A stretch of DNA of 64,000 bases, taken from contig JAVCDE010000026.1 of NCBI GenBank assembly GCA_030765185.1, positions 17,276 through 81,275 on the forward strand, read 5' to 3'. Source of the DNA: Candidatus Aceula meridiana. Its GTDB lineage: Bacteria > Omnitrophota > Gorgyraeia > Zapsychrales > Aceulaceae. Below the pieces are notes generated by a model. That model saw only the letters and a program-made list of their open reading frames with translations, made no database searches and was not told the origin of the DNA. This document shows positions 25,018-35,289 of this stretch, piece after piece. The first letter of the stretch is position 1, and each line of letters begins with the position of its first letter. Made by a program: the position numbers and the translations under genes.

Positions 25018-28000
25018 ATGCAATTATTTAGCAGAAAAAGACCAATTTTGAAGGCAACAAGCACTCTTGTTGTGCTTTTGGCCTTTTTGGTGAATTTTGC
25101 GCTTTCTCCATCTATTGGATATGCGGGGTTATTGGGATTGCCAAGTCCTGGAACGATGGTTCCTTTAAGTTCCGGATTCATTCCTACCATCCTACGTGGC
25201 ATTAGAATCCATCCTGATAATCCCTTTGAATTTGATTTTATTGTAGATAATGGTAACAGTGGGTTAGAAGGCGATGAGCTAAAGAAAGAAGGCGAAAAGA
25301 TTATTCGTTACTTCTTGGCTTCTATGACCCTTCCTGAAAAAGATGTGTGGGTCAACCTGTCTCCTTATGAAAAAGACCGCATTGTTTCAGATTCTCTTGG
25401 GTTTACAGAGATGGGCCGGGACATGCTTGCGCAGGATTATTTGCTAAAGCAAGTTACTGCATCCTTAATTTATCCAGAAAATGACTTGGGGAAAGAATTT
25501 TGGGATCGCGTTTATGAAAAAGCTTACCTTGAGCATGGCACAACCAATATTCCTATGAATACCTTTAATAAGGTATGGATTATTCCTGAAGAGGCCACGG
25601 TTTTCGAAGAAGGCGACACAGCATATGTTGTTGAAAGCAAGCTAAAGGTTATGCTCGAAGAAGATTATCTTGCCATGACTCAAGGCAAAAAACATAAGGC
25701 AGCCGGCAAAGAAGCTACAAGCTCTATTTCCTCGGAGATTGTTCGTGAAATTATTATTCCTGAGATTGAAAAAGAAGTTAATGAGGGTAAGAACTTTTCC
25801 GCTTTGCGCCAGATTACTAATTCTTGGATTTTGGCAACATGGTTTAAAAAGAATTTTAAAAAGTCTCTCTTAGGTCGTGTTTATAGCGACCAAAGCAAAG
25901 TAGAAGGTATTGATATTGAAGATAAAGAAGTTAGTAAAAAGATTTATGGACGATATCTTCAAGCTTTTAAAAAAGGTGTTTGCGATTATATTAAAATTGA
26001 TTACGACAAGTATTCTAAAAAACATGTTCCGCGTAAGTATTTTTCTGGTGGGGTAGTTTTAGCCAGCAGCGCTATAAAGTCGTATGAAAGAGGGTCAGAT
26101 GCTGTTATCCCTGAAAAAGCTCAGCAAGGACTTACAACATTTACAAGAAGGGCAGAGCGTGCAATTTCTAGAGGAGGCATGTTTATTTTAACAGGGGTGA
26201 TGCTTGTAGCAGGCTCGATTGCCCCAAAATTCAGCTTGGCCAAAGACGGTGGAGAAGCTGCCTCCAAGAAGGTAGTTCCTTCTGGCATTACGTATCCTAA
26301 CGAATACGGTGCGGATCAGCATATGCCAGGCCTGCTAAATATGCCAGGCCTGCCAGTAGCAGAAGGTGGGAGTGGCGATGCGCCGGCTAATCCACCGGTT
26401 GGTGAGACGGGAAAACATGATTACTTGGAGAATTTAGGGGGCCAGCATGGAATGATAGAATCAAAGTTTAAAGGAGTTGTCACAGAGGGTAGCCGTTCTT
26501 TTTATACATTTGAGAACACAAGTATTAAGACAGGAGCATCCTTAGGGGAGACCCACTTTCGAGTCACTGTAAGAGGAGGACAACCATTTCTTGAATATAC
26601 GGTTTATTCTGGAGAGGAAAGCAATAATTATTATAACAACTCTGCAAAGAAATGGTCTCGTGCAGGGAGGGGTGAGGTAACAGATCGGATAGAGCTAAAG
26701 GGCGAAGCCCAAGATGAGGGTAGGTTTTTAAAAATTCGCGAAGAGGCTCAAGCAGTTGTCGATCATGCTTATAATTTTGGTGTTGGAGCTGATGTTGCTC
26801 CGACGACACTCGGAAACCTAGTTGCTTTAGCTTATCGAAATATACAACAGCGAATCTGGGAGATAATTAAAGACGCAGGGGATTTGTTTGAAGGAAAAAA
26901 ATCTTATTCTTTAGATGTAGATTCTTCGGGAAGAGTATCTATCTCCACTGAAGGCTTGAGTTCTGATAAAGAAGTTTATGAAAAACCGACAAATTACGAG
27001 GTGACCTATAACCCTCAGCAGGATCAGTCAGTCACTTTGAGGGTTGTTCAGATCGATGTTTCAGGAACAATAGATTCAAAAGAACTTCAGCAGGAATTTA
27101 ACGCATTAACCTTTATGGTTGAGAATGGCGGCGAACAAGATTTGTATCTTATTGGTCTTTCAGGCGGGAATAATGCCGAACTTGAGAATTTGGATTTTAT
27201 GTCTAAGCAGAACGCACTTAAAACTATAGAAGAGATGGGAAGTCGTTATGATAAGGGCAATGGCAATACTCTTTATATCGAAAAGACATTGGATGTACAG
27301 AAAAAAACAAGAGAGAAGAAAGAAGAACTAGAGGCGTTAGGAAAAGAAGTAAAAGTGGAAGCTTCTGCTATTTCTGATTATCAACAAGATTCTGATGAAA
27401 TAGGTGATCAAAGATTAACAGAGGATGAATATGTTAATGGAGCAACACGTGAAGGAGGATACACCCTAGAAGGCGGTATCTATAAAAAAGTCGTTCAAGG
27501 GTGGAAAGATCTTGGGGTGAAGAATGTAAATAATTTTCATGTTGAAACAGAGGGAGAAGTGTCACCTTTAAAAGATTTAATGGAGAAGGAAGGAGGGCAA
27601 ATTTTTATTCCTGTTAAGGCAGATTTGAGCAACTTGGTTAAAGTTGTTGAAGAAAGCCAAAAGGAAGAAGTTCTTTCTATTCAAGTGCCGGCAACAGTCA
27701 ACAAAGAGAAGGTTTCTGTTTATGTTGTTAATAAAGAAGGAGGAATTCTCGAGAATTTGGTTGTCAACGGCGCTAACCAAAAACTCAATGAAAATCAAGT
27801 TTCTTATGACACAACAGGCTTTAATGATGGATTTGTCTATTTAGACCAGACTTTAGACCAGACAAATCTTATTTTTTCTGATTCGCTTAATGTAAAATTA
27901 ACTGGTGCTGAAGAAGTGACGGTTAAGATGATTCCCAGAATTAAAAAACACGATCTTCAGGCACAACAAGGGGAAAAAATTGTTGGTGTTGATGTTAGTA

Positions 28001-29163
28001 CTTCGATGACAGGGAGTACATTAAGAAAGATTCTTAAGGTGACTAAAGAGATCTCAAGCGAAGGATCATATGTCCAGTACGTCAGTGATGAGGTTAAAGC
28101 AGAAGGGGAAATCGGCGGAAACACTAATCTTCCTTTATTGGCTACGGATGTTTTTGATAAGGCACTTGAAAAGGGGGATCAGGGAGAAGTTGTTGACGTT
28201 ATTTTTATTAGCGATGTCAATTCAAACGAAGGAGATCTTTCAAGATATCTTCTGTCGAAGAGGCCAGGAAGCAGTATGTCCCGCGCAGAAGAATTTATTG
28301 AACAGGGACACAGGCTGACCCTTGTTACAAAAGACGAGACTAGGCAGAGAATGGAGTTTGCTCTTAAAAAGCAAGGGGCGGAGGGGAAGGTGCCTAGCCC
28401 TAGCGATGTCTTAAAACAAGATATGAGTGTTGTTGGTAATCGAAATTGGCATATGATTATGGCCTATCTTGTTGAACTTACAAGGGAAAATGGAAGTAAA
28501 ATTATAAGTTCAGGAAGACTTGAAGGAGCGGTTGAGAAGTTAAGCGAAAGCCATCTGCGCACAGGAGAGTTTGAAATTTCAGAAGATTTTGATGTTCAGT
28601 TTGTCGAGGTTAAGTGGACAGATCAAGACGGAGCTACGCATACTCGACGCCTAACAGTTCAAAAGACACCTGGCCATGCAAAAGATTTTAAGAATGTTAA
28701 AGAAATAACAGGCGGAGAATTTGAGAAGCTGGAGATTAAGAAAGCAGAGGCCAAGAAACCGTCAGTAGAGGAAAATAGCTCTGGTGACAAAACTTTTTTT
28801 GTTGACCCAAAAAATATCAACGATGCATATTCTGCAGAACAACAAAGAATAAGCGATCAGGCCAACAAAGCGATAAATCCTACGCCTAATGAGATTAAGG
28901 CAGGGATTGAGAAAGCGGTTAACAAAGCGTTGGGCGGCTCATCTAAGGCTTCTCCCACTGGTGGTATTGACCTTGATGCCGAAGAACTTGAACTCAAAAT
29001 AAAGGGAAGCGGTATTGATTTTACATTACCTGAAAATCTTAAGAATCTTGATCCGTCACAAATCCCTGGCCTGATTCCTACTATTATTAATATTGTTCCT
29101 ATTACGAATATTTCTAATCTTTGGGACGAGTCCTCCCCAGAGCCTTTAGCTTATCTTGATTAA
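25018..29163 (+). CDS. large (1,381 aa) signal-peptide-bearing acidic protein of unknown function (secreted/surface-associated)
   Basis: The N-terminus MQLFSRKRPILKATSTLVVLLAFLVNFALSPSIGYAG is signal-peptide-like. A second hydrophobic stretch GGMFILTGVMLVAGSIAPKF occurs at ~aa 385. The sequence is E/K/G/V-rich with an MPGLLNMPGLP repeat. I recognise no catalytic motif. Confidence 0.7.
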   Translation: MQLFSRKRPILKATSTLVVLLAFLVNFALSPSIGYAGLLGLPSPGTMVPLSSGFIPTILRGIRIHPDNPFEFDFIVDNGNSGLEGDELKKEGEKIIRYFLASMTLPEKDVWVNLSPYEKDRIVSDSLGFTEMGRDMLAQDYLLKQVTASLIYPENDLGKEFWDRVYEKAYLEHGTTNIPMNTFNKVWIIPEEATVFEEGDTAYVVESKLKVMLEEDYLAMTQGKKHKAAGKEATSSISSEIVREIIIPEIEKEVNEGKNFSALRQITNSWILATWFKKNFKKSLLGRVYSDQSKVEGIDIEDKEVSKKIYGRYLQAFKKGVCDYIKIDYDKYSKKHVPRKYFSGGVVLASSAIKSYERGSDAVIPEKAQQGLTTFTRRAERAISRGGMFILTGVMLVAGSIAPKFSLAKDGGEAASKKVVPSGITYPNEYGADQHMPGLLNMPGLPVAEGGSGDAPANPPVGETGKHDYLENLGGQHGMIESKFKGVVTEGSRSFYTFENTSIKTGASLGETHFRVTVRGGQPFLEYTVYSGEESNNYYNNSAKKWSRAGRGEVTDRIELKGEAQDEGRFLKIREEAQAVVDHAYNFGVGADVAPTTLGNLVALAYRNIQQRIWEIIKDAGDLFEGKKSYSLDVDSSGRVSISTEGLSSDKEVYEKPTNYEVTYNPQQDQSVTLRVVQIDVSGTIDSKELQQEFNALTFMVENGGEQDLYLIGLSGGNNAELENLDFMSKQNALKTIEEMGSRYDKGNGNTLYIEKTLDVQKKTREKKEELEALGKEVKVEASAISDYQQDSDEIGDQRLTEDEYVNGATREGGYTLEGGIYKKVVQGWKDLGVKNVNNFHVETEGEVSPLKDLMEKEGGQIFIPVKADLSNLVKVVEESQKEEVLSIQVPATVNKEKVSVYVVNKEGGILENLVVNGANQKLNENQVSYDTTGFNDGFVYLDQTLDQTNLIFSDSLNVKLTGAEEVTVKMIPRIKKHDLQAQQGEKIVGVDVSTSMTGSTLRKILKVTKEISSEGSYVQYVSDEVKAEGEIGGNTNLPLLATDVFDKALEKGDQGEVVDVIFISDVNSNEGDLSRYLLSKRPGSSMSRAEEFIEQGHRLTLVTKDETRQRMEFALKKQGAEGKVPSPSDVLKQDMSVVGNRNWHMIMAYLVELTRENGSKIISSGRLEGAVEKLSESHLRTGEFEISEDFDVQFVEVKWTDQDGATHTRRLTVQKTPGHAKDFKNVKEITGGEFEKLEIKKAEAKKPSVEENSSGDKTFFVDPKNINDAYSAEQQRISDQANKAINPTPNEIKAGIEKAVNKALGGSSKASPTGGIDLDAEELELKIKGSGIDFTLPENLKNLDPSQIPGLIPTIINIVPITNISNLWDESSPEPLAYLD

Positions 29164-29237
29164 CCTTTTTTATTGGATCCTTTCACTCGAACCCTCTAAT
29201 CCTTTAATCCTTTATTCCTTTCTGATATACTATTTTC

Positions 29238-30470
29238 ATGCCTTTAAAGAAATTATCTTACCATCCAGAGCTTGTTTGTCCTGCCGGAGACTGGCCGTCT
29301 TTGATGGCAGCTGCTGATTCTGGTGCTGACAGCGTATATTTTGGCGTTAAAGGAATAAACATGCGCGCACGAGCTTCTAATTTTGACATCCTTGAGATTA
29401 AAAAGGTTATTGGGTTTCTGCACGACCGCAAAATCAAAGGATATCTTGCCCTTAATACGGTTATTCAAAATGAAGAGATTAAGAAAGTTGAAAAGATTTT
29501 ATCTGAGGCTAAAAAGGCAAAAGTAGATAGTGTGATTTTGTGGGACATGGCGGTTTTAGGGCTGGCGAAGAAGAAAGGATTGCGCATCCATCTGTCAACT
29601 CAGGCGAGCGTTTCCAACATAGAAGCGGTTAGGTTTTACGTTAAGCTTGGTGTTAAACGTATTGTCTTAGCACGCGAGTGCACGCTTGCAGATATTAAGA
29701 AAATTACAGCGCAAATTAAAAAAGAAAAGATTAAGTGTGAGGTCGAAGCCTTTATTCACGGCGCGATGTGTGTAAGTGTCTCGGGCCGTTGTTTTTTATC
29801 AGAATACACTTTTGACAAATCAGCTAACCGGGGCGATTGCCTGCAGCCATGCCGCAGAGAATTTCATATTAAAGATATCAATGGTGAAAGCGAATATATT
29901 CTCGGCAGTGATTATGTTCTAAGCCCTAAAGATCTTTGTACTATTGATTTTATTGATGAGCTTATCAAAGTTGGTATCCGTGGACTTAAGATCGAAGGAC
30001 GGATGCGCTCACCGGAATATATCCGTACAGCTGCAGGCTGCTATCGCAAGGCTATTGATTATTTCTTAGAAGGCAAGCTAACTTCTAAGATAAAAACGGA
30101 TTTGAAAAAAGAATTAAAGACAGTTTATAATCGAGGCTTTTCTTCCGGATTTTACTATGGCGCCCCAGGTGCCAAGGACATGAGCCAGGGCCTTGAGCAT
30201 ACCCATGAAAAAGTTTATATAGGCGAAGTAAAGAAGTTTTATTCACGGCTAGGGGTGGCAGATATTCGTATGCGTAGCGGAACTCTAAAAAAAGGAAATG
30301 AGTTGCTTTTTATCGGGCAGACGACGCCGGCTTTAAAAGCAGTTGTTAGCCAAATGCAGAGTAATCATGTTTTTGTAAGTCAAGCAATAAAGGGAACATC
30401 GGTAGGTGTTAAGCTTCCCTTTATTGTTAAGGCAAAAGACAAAGTATTTTTATGGAAAGAAAAAGAATGA
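29238..30470 (+). CDS. peptidase U32 family protein (collagenase-like / UbiU-TrhP-type)
   Basis: EAFIHGAMCVSVSGRCFLS matches the U32 signature E-x-F-x-x-G-[SA]-[LIVM]-C-x4-G-x-C-x-[LIVM]-S exactly. The size (410 aa) and N-terminal TIM-barrel-like region fit the family. Confidence 0.8.
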   Translation: MPLKKLSYHPELVCPAGDWPSLMAAADSGADSVYFGVKGINMRARASNFDILEIKKVIGFLHDRKIKGYLALNTVIQNEEIKKVEKILSEAKKAKVDSVILWDMAVLGLAKKKGLRIHLSTQASVSNIEAVRFYVKLGVKRIVLARECTLADIKKITAQIKKEKIKCEVEAFIHGAMCVSVSGRCFLSEYTFDKSANRGDCLQPCRREFHIKDINGESEYILGSDYVLSPKDLCTIDFIDELIKVGIRGLKIEGRMRSPEYIRTAAGCYRKAIDYFLEGKLTSKIKTDLKKELKTVYNRGFSSGFYYGAPGAKDMSQGLEHTHEKVYIGEVKKFYSRLGVADIRMRSGTLKKGNELLFIGQTTPALKAVVSQMQSNHVFVSQAIKGTSVGVKLPFIVKAKDKVFLWKEKE

Positions 30471-32173
30471 GTGATTTAAATAATCTCATCAAAAACTTCT
30501 ACAGAAAAATTGTCGGATTTTTGTCTTTACCAAGAGTGATAGCAGTTTTTATTGCGATTGGGATTATTGTCCGCGCCAAGCAATATTTGGCCAACTGTTC
30601 TTTTTGGATGGATGAAACTTGGGTTGCGGCGATGATCATAAGCCAATCACCGGCTGAGTTGATTGATGGATCAGGTATTTTTTCTGAGCTTCCAACGACA
30701 CCTTTGGGATTTATGTTAATTGCGAAAGCCTTTACTATGGCTTTAGGGAACTCCGAGCTCGTTCTTCGATTATTTCCTTTTTTATGCTCGATTGCCGCAT
30801 TATTTGTTTTTAACCGGTTTTCTAGGAGAGTATTACCTTTAAAAGAAGCCGCAGTTGCTACAGGGCTTTTTGCGTTTTCGCCGATTCTCATTTCTTATGC
30901 CGCTGAATTAAAACAATATTCATCAGATCTTTTTATTGTGCTTTTGTTTTATTATTATTTTGTATTTCTTTTAGATAAAAAAATTTTATTTAGAAATTTC
31001 TTTATTCTTGCTTTTGCAGGAAGCGTTGCCATGTGGATATCGAACACATGCGTTTTTGTGTTAGCTGCCGGCGGGATAACGTTATCTGTTGCAAGCCTTG
31101 TTAAAAAACAAGGAAAGAGATTTTTTGTCTTGATTGGCGTTTATGCAATATGGATTCTTAATTTCGCTGTTCTTTATAAACAGAAGTTAGCTCCATTAGT
31201 CGGAGAAGAGTCATTGGTTGCGACATGGCCAGGGGCCTTTGCCTCAAATCCGATTTTATCTTTTGAAAATCTTTTTTGGGCTAAAGAGGTTTTTGTTGAA
31301 ATGTTTAAAGACCTTGGAGGCTTTATTTTGCCTTCGATTGCGGCTATTCTTTTTATTGTTGGGTTGGTTAGTCTTTTTTTAAAGAAAAAATATCAAGCTA
31401 TGCTGTTTGCGCTCCCTGTTGTTTTAGCTTTTATGGCTGCTGTTTTTCAGAAATATCCGTTTCGCGAACGCGTCATTCTTTTTCTTGTTCCTTGCGTTCT
31501 TATTTTTGTGGTGCAGGGCGTTGCCTTTTTTGTGGCAAAGACAAAGAAGTTTTCACTGCTGGTCTTTGCAGTTTTTGTTGTTTTCCTATTTTTTAATCCT
31601 GTAAGACAAGCTATTAAAGGATTTAGCCTCAGTCCTTGCAAACAAGATCTCAGGGCGATGATGGAATTTTTTAATGAAAATTATCAGCCGGAAGACGCTA
31701 TTTTTCTTGATTCGGTTGCCCAAACATCAAGCTGGTACTACGGAGATCTTTTAGGATTTAACAAGCGGTTTCCGGAAACATTATCTTTTAAGGACCCGCG
31801 AGACGGAAGAGTCAGTCTCCATGAAATAGGAAAATTTCATATTGGCTACAAAACCATCAGAGGCATCGACCTTCTAATTTATCGTCAAGAATTTAACGTT
31901 TATAACACAAATGGAGATTTCCGGGGTGCCCGAGTTCGAAGAGGTAATTCTGGAAAAGACTATTACTATATTTTAGAAAACATTCCACACATCGAACCTA
32001 TTAAGGGAAAGAGAGTGTGGTTGATGTTTGGTGACTCAGAGTTTGAGAAAATGGCAGACATTGCCAAAAGTTCGTTTGATAAGAAATTTTTTCTTCTTAA
32101 GGTTTTTGAAGGAAAAGGCGCTAAGGCCTTGTTGTATGATACGCGTGTAGAGAGAAAAAATCCCACCCAATAA
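30452..32173 (+). CDS. polytopic membrane protein, putative GT-C glycosyltransferase (ArnT/PMT-like)
   Basis: There are ~11 predicted hydrophobic helices. A WMDE motif sits in the first extracytoplasmic loop after TM1, as in the GT39/GT83 DE motif. The C-terminus is soluble. Overlaps the U32 gene by 19 nt. Confidence 0.4.
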   Translation: MERKRMSDLNNLIKNFYRKIVGFLSLPRVIAVFIAIGIIVRAKQYLANCSFWMDETWVAAMIISQSPAELIDGSGIFSELPTTPLGFMLIAKAFTMALGNSELVLRLFPFLCSIAALFVFNRFSRRVLPLKEAAVATGLFAFSPILISYAAELKQYSSDLFIVLLFYYYFVFLLDKKILFRNFFILAFAGSVAMWISNTCVFVLAAGGITLSVASLVKKQGKRFFVLIGVYAIWILNFAVLYKQKLAPLVGEESLVATWPGAFASNPILSFENLFWAKEVFVEMFKDLGGFILPSIAAILFIVGLVSLFLKKKYQAMLFALPVVLAFMAAVFQKYPFRERVILFLVPCVLIFVVQGVAFFVAKTKKFSLLVFAVFVVFLFFNPVRQAIKGFSLSPCKQDLRAMMEFFNENYQPEDAIFLDSVAQTSSWYYGDLLGFNKRFPETLSFKDPRDGRVSLHEIGKFHIGYKTIRGIDLLIYRQEFNVYNTNGDFRGARVRRGNSGKDYYYILENIPHIEPIKGKRVWLMFGDSEFEKMADIAKSSFDKKFFLLKVFEGKGAKALLYDTRVERKNPTQ

Positions 32174-32176
32174 TTA

Positions 32177-33709
32177 TTAAACCCACAGGCTTCTATCTAA
32201 GCTTCGGTATTGAATGGCTTCGGAGATATGTTCAGGAAGGATTGCCTTTTCGTTGTCAAGGTCGGCGATGGTGCGCGCGATTTTAAGAATTTTATCATGC
32301 GCGCGGGCTGATAAGGCTAATTCTTCAATGGCAACTTTTAGAAGGTTTTTGGATTGTTCTTGAAGTGCGCAGAATTCTTTGATTTGGCGCTGACTCATTT
32401 GAGCATTGCAGAAGATTTCTTTATCTTTAAAGCGTTTTTGCTGATGCTGTCTTGCTGCTGAAGTTCTTTTTTTAATGTCCGTAGAAGATTCCGGAGCTTC
32501 TTTAGAAAAAAGCTCCTGCGTTTTAAGAGAAGGGACTTCAATGTGGATATCGATACGATCTAGTAGAGGTCCTGAAATTTTCGCGAGATATTTTTGAATT
32601 TTTTGCGGAGGACAGTGGCACTCTTTTTTAGGGTCCGTATAGTAGCCGCACGGGCAGGGGTTCATCGCGCAAGCGAGCATAAATTTTGTTGGAAATTTTA
32701 CAGATTTATGGGCGCGGGCCACGTTGACATAACCGTCTTCGAGGGGTTGGCGCAGTGCTTCTAAAACATTGCGATTAAATTCTGGAAGTTCGTCTAAAAA
32801 CAAGATTCCGTTGTGTGCCAAGCTTACTTCGCCGGGCTTAGGAATTGTTCCCCCGCCGACTAAAGCCACATCAGATGAGGTGTGGTGCGGCGAGCGGAAA
32901 GGCCTGATTCCGATACTGGATAAGTCGGGTTTTACAAGGCCTGCGATAGAATGAATTTTAAGAATTTCTAAGGCCTCTTCGCGTTCAAGGTTTGGCAAAA
33001 TTGTAGTTAGGCGTTTGGCAAGCATGGTTTTTCCGCTACCTGGCGGTCCGATTAAAAGAATATTATGGCCTCCAGCTGCTGCTACTTCTAAGCCCCTTTT
33101 GGCAAAAGCCTGTCCTTTAACATCTTGAAAATCAATATTATAGTTATGGCGACCTTGAAAATAATTTTTTTTCGTTGTTTTAAAAGGTTTGATAGACGTG
33201 GGGTCTTGTAAAAAGTGAACGACTTCCGTTAAGGTATGTGCAGGATAAATAGCGATAGATCCGGCAAGGGCAGCCTCGGCAGCATTTTCTTGTGGCAAGA
33301 GGATACCGTCAAATTTTTCTTTCGAGGCAGCTAGCGCAATCGAAAAAGTACCTTTAACAGGACGGATTTTTCCATCTAAAGAGAGTTCGCCTAAAACAAT
33401 ATATTTTTTAGCAGCATTTGTATTGATTTTGCCATTTGAAGCCAAGACGCCCAAGGCAATGCTTAAATCAAAGCAGGGGCCTTCTTTTTTGATGTTTGCC
33501 GGGGAAAGGTTGACTGTAATGCGCTGAGCCGGGAAATCATAGTGGCTATTTTTGATAGCCGAACGTACGCGTTCTTTACTTTCTTTAACCGCATTATCCG
33601 GTAAGCCTACGATGATAACTGATGGTAGGCCATGGGAGATATCTACCTCTACTGTAACCGGAGAGGCTTCTAAGCCGCAGATAGCATAACTATGAATTTT
33701 CGAGAACAT
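32177..33709 (-). CDS. yifB: YifB/ComM family Mg-chelatase-like AAA+ ATPase
   Basis: The N-terminal Lon-protease-like subdomain is MFSKIHSYAICGLEASPVTVEVDISHGLPSVIIVGLPDNAVKESKERV, typical of YifB. The Walker A is LLIGPPGSGKTM. The C-terminus has a Cys-rich CxxC segment. Confidence 0.85.
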   Translation of the reverse strand: MFSKIHSYAICGLEASPVTVEVDISHGLPSVIIVGLPDNAVKESKERVRSAIKNSHYDFPAQRITVNLSPANIKKEGPCFDLSIALGVLASNGKINTNAAKKYIVLGELSLDGKIRPVKGTFSIALAASKEKFDGILLPQENAAEAALAGSIAIYPAHTLTEVVHFLQDPTSIKPFKTTKKNYFQGRHNYNIDFQDVKGQAFAKRGLEVAAAGGHNILLIGPPGSGKTMLAKRLTTILPNLEREEALEILKIHSIAGLVKPDLSSIGIRPFRSPHHTSSDVALVGGGTIPKPGEVSLAHNGILFLDELPEFNRNVLEALRQPLEDGYVNVARAHKSVKFPTKFMLACAMNPCPCGYYTDPKKECHCPPQKIQKYLAKISGPLLDRIDIHIEVPSLKTQELFSKEAPESSTDIKKRTSAARQHQQKRFKDKEIFCNAQMSQRQIKEFCALQEQSKNLLKVAIEELALSARAHDKILKIARTIADLDNEKAILPEHISEAIQYRSLDRSLWV

Positions 33710-33780
33710 TGCTGATAACTGTATATTTATTGTGTATAATATACTTAATAATACTTATTTAAACGTCCTGTGAAAAGACC

Positions 33781-33809
33781 TTGCTTTTTTGATGTTCAAA
33801 ATTTATAAT
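33781..33809 (+). promoter_or_regulatory. sigma-70-like promoter (TTGCTT - 17 nt - TATAAT)
   Basis: ttgctt (33781-86), a 17-nt spacer, then tataat (33804-09). It lies ~50 nt upstream of the GTG start at 33862, which is preceded by aggagg. An extended -10 (tgtgtataat, 33730-39) also occurs further upstream. Confidence 0.4.
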
Positions 33810-33861
33810 GTTAAACTAACATACTAGATGTAACACGTCAAGATAAGAACAGGAGGAACGT

Positions 33862-34317
33862 GTGAGCAGCCTTTTTCACGAAATTTCTACGAACAAAGTG
33901 CTTATGGTCACGGTTTCCGTATGGATTATTGCTCAGGCCCTTAAGGTTGTTTTCGGGTTTATCGTTGAGCGAAAATTTAACTTTAGGTGGTTTATAGGAA
34001 CAGGGGGCATGCCCTCAAGCCATGCGGCAGGCGTAACAGCTCTTGCAACAACTTGCGGGATTCACTTAGGATTTAACTCTGTCGCTTTTGCCATGGCAAC
34101 AGTTTTTGCAATGGTTACTATGTTTGATGCTCAAGGCGTGAGGCGTTCTACAGGTCAGCAGGCGCAGATTTTAAATAAAATTATTGATGATATTTATTGG
34201 CGAGGAAAGGTTGAGCCCCAGAAGCTTAAAGAACTTATTGGGCATACCCCTTTTCAGGTTTTAGTCGGTTCTTTTTTAGGGTTTGTTGTTTCGCTTTATC
34301 TTTATTATCAGCTTTAG
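33862..34317 (+). CDS. divergent PAP2 / DUF212 (YuiD-like) membrane protein
   Basis: GTGGMPSSHAA...MFDAQGVRR with ~4 TM helices is the characteristic DUF212 (acid phosphatase/vanadium-haloperoxidase-related) signature. An AGGAGG RBS sits 7 nt upstream of the GTG. Confidence 0.65.
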   Translation: MSSLFHEISTNKVLMVTVSVWIIAQALKVVFGFIVERKFNFRWFIGTGGMPSSHAAGVTALATTCGIHLGFNSVAFAMATVFAMVTMFDAQGVRRSTGQQAQILNKIIDDIYWRGKVEPQKLKELIGHTPFQVLVGSFLGFVVSLYLYYQL

Positions 34318-34473
34318 CTGTTAAGTTAAGGAAATTACGATGTATTTCGTGAGCGGGATCAACGCATGCAAGAATTATAATCATTTACCCCGCTTGCGCG
34401 GGGTAAATTCGTCCAACAAGTTTACGTTCACTGTCGTTCCGTAAACATAGGGCTCATTTAAGGAGAGAACTTA

Positions 34474-35286
34474 ATGAAAAAGAAAATTCTTATTGTTGCC
34501 GGAGTTATTGCTTTTCTCTTTTTTCTGAAAGTTTTAGCTTCGCCTAGAGGGGACACTACGCCTACTCAAGTTAAGTCTAATCCTAAAGAGGTGCAGGCTC
34601 TTTACAAGGAGGCGGTTACTGCAGAAGAAGGAAATGATTTAGCTACAGCGAAAGAACTTTACAAAAATATCATGAATGATTATCCTGATTTTTCTGAGAT
34701 GGAAGATGTTCAAAAACGCCTTGAACAAGCAAATTTGGGTATTATTTTTTCAAAAGCGCAAACACCTCAAACTGTTATTCATGTTGTTGAAAAAGGTGAT
34801 TCTTTAAGCAAACTTGGGAAAAAGTATAATTGTACTGTTGCCTTAATCAAAAAGAGCAATAATTTAAAGAACGATATCATCCGCATAGGGCAGCGCCTGC
34901 GCATTTGGGCAGAACCTTTTTCTGTCTTGGTGGACAAGTCACAAAATAAATTGATTTTAAAGTCAGGCGATGAGGTTGTTAAAGTTTATACGGTTGCTAC
35001 CGGAAAAGACAATTCTACTCCCGTTGGGACATTTATTATTGAAACTAAACTTGTTGATCCAGTATGGTTTAAAAGTGGGGCGATTATTCCTCCGGATAGC
35101 GCTCAAAATGAACTTGGTGCTCGCTGGATGGGATTTGATATTCAAGGCTATGGTATTCATGGGACCACGCACCCTGAAAGCTTGGGCCAGCAGGCAACAG
35201 CCGGTTGTGTTCGTATGCACAATGATGATGTCAAAGAGCTGTATGACCTTTTAACTTTGAACACACAAGTTACGATTGTTGATTAA
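34474..35286 (+). CDS. LysM domain-containing L,D-transpeptidase (YkuD family)
   Basis: Signal peptide, then a LysM segment (HVVEKGDSLSKLGKKYNCTVALIKKSNNL...IRIGQRLRI), then the YkuD catalytic motif HGTTHPESLGQQATAGCVRMHNDD. Confidence 0.8.
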   Translation: MKKKILIVAGVIAFLFFLKVLASPRGDTTPTQVKSNPKEVQALYKEAVTAEEGNDLATAKELYKNIMNDYPDFSEMEDVQKRLEQANLGIIFSKAQTPQTVIHVVEKGDSLSKLGKKYNCTVALIKKSNNLKNDIIRIGQRLRIWAEPFSVLVDKSQNKLILKSGDEVVKVYTVATGKDNSTPVGTFIIETKLVDPVWFKSGAIIPPDSAQNELGARWMGFDIQGYGIHGTTHPESLGQQATAGCVRMHNDDVKELYDLLTLNTQVTIVD

Positions 35287-35289
35287 AAT

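Noticed and set aside
24912-25202. 96-aa minus-strand ORF spanning the start of the 1,381-aa gene
   Set aside because: Overlaps the well-supported signal-peptide start of the plus-strand gene and has no RBS or motif. Spurious.
29238-30470. U32 peptidase as the processing protease for the giant polyprotein
   Set aside because: U32-family proteins are now mostly understood as Fe-S dependent hydroxylases (UbiU/V, TrhP, RlhA) rather than proven proteases. Adjacency alone is not evidence, so it is kept only as neighbourhood context.
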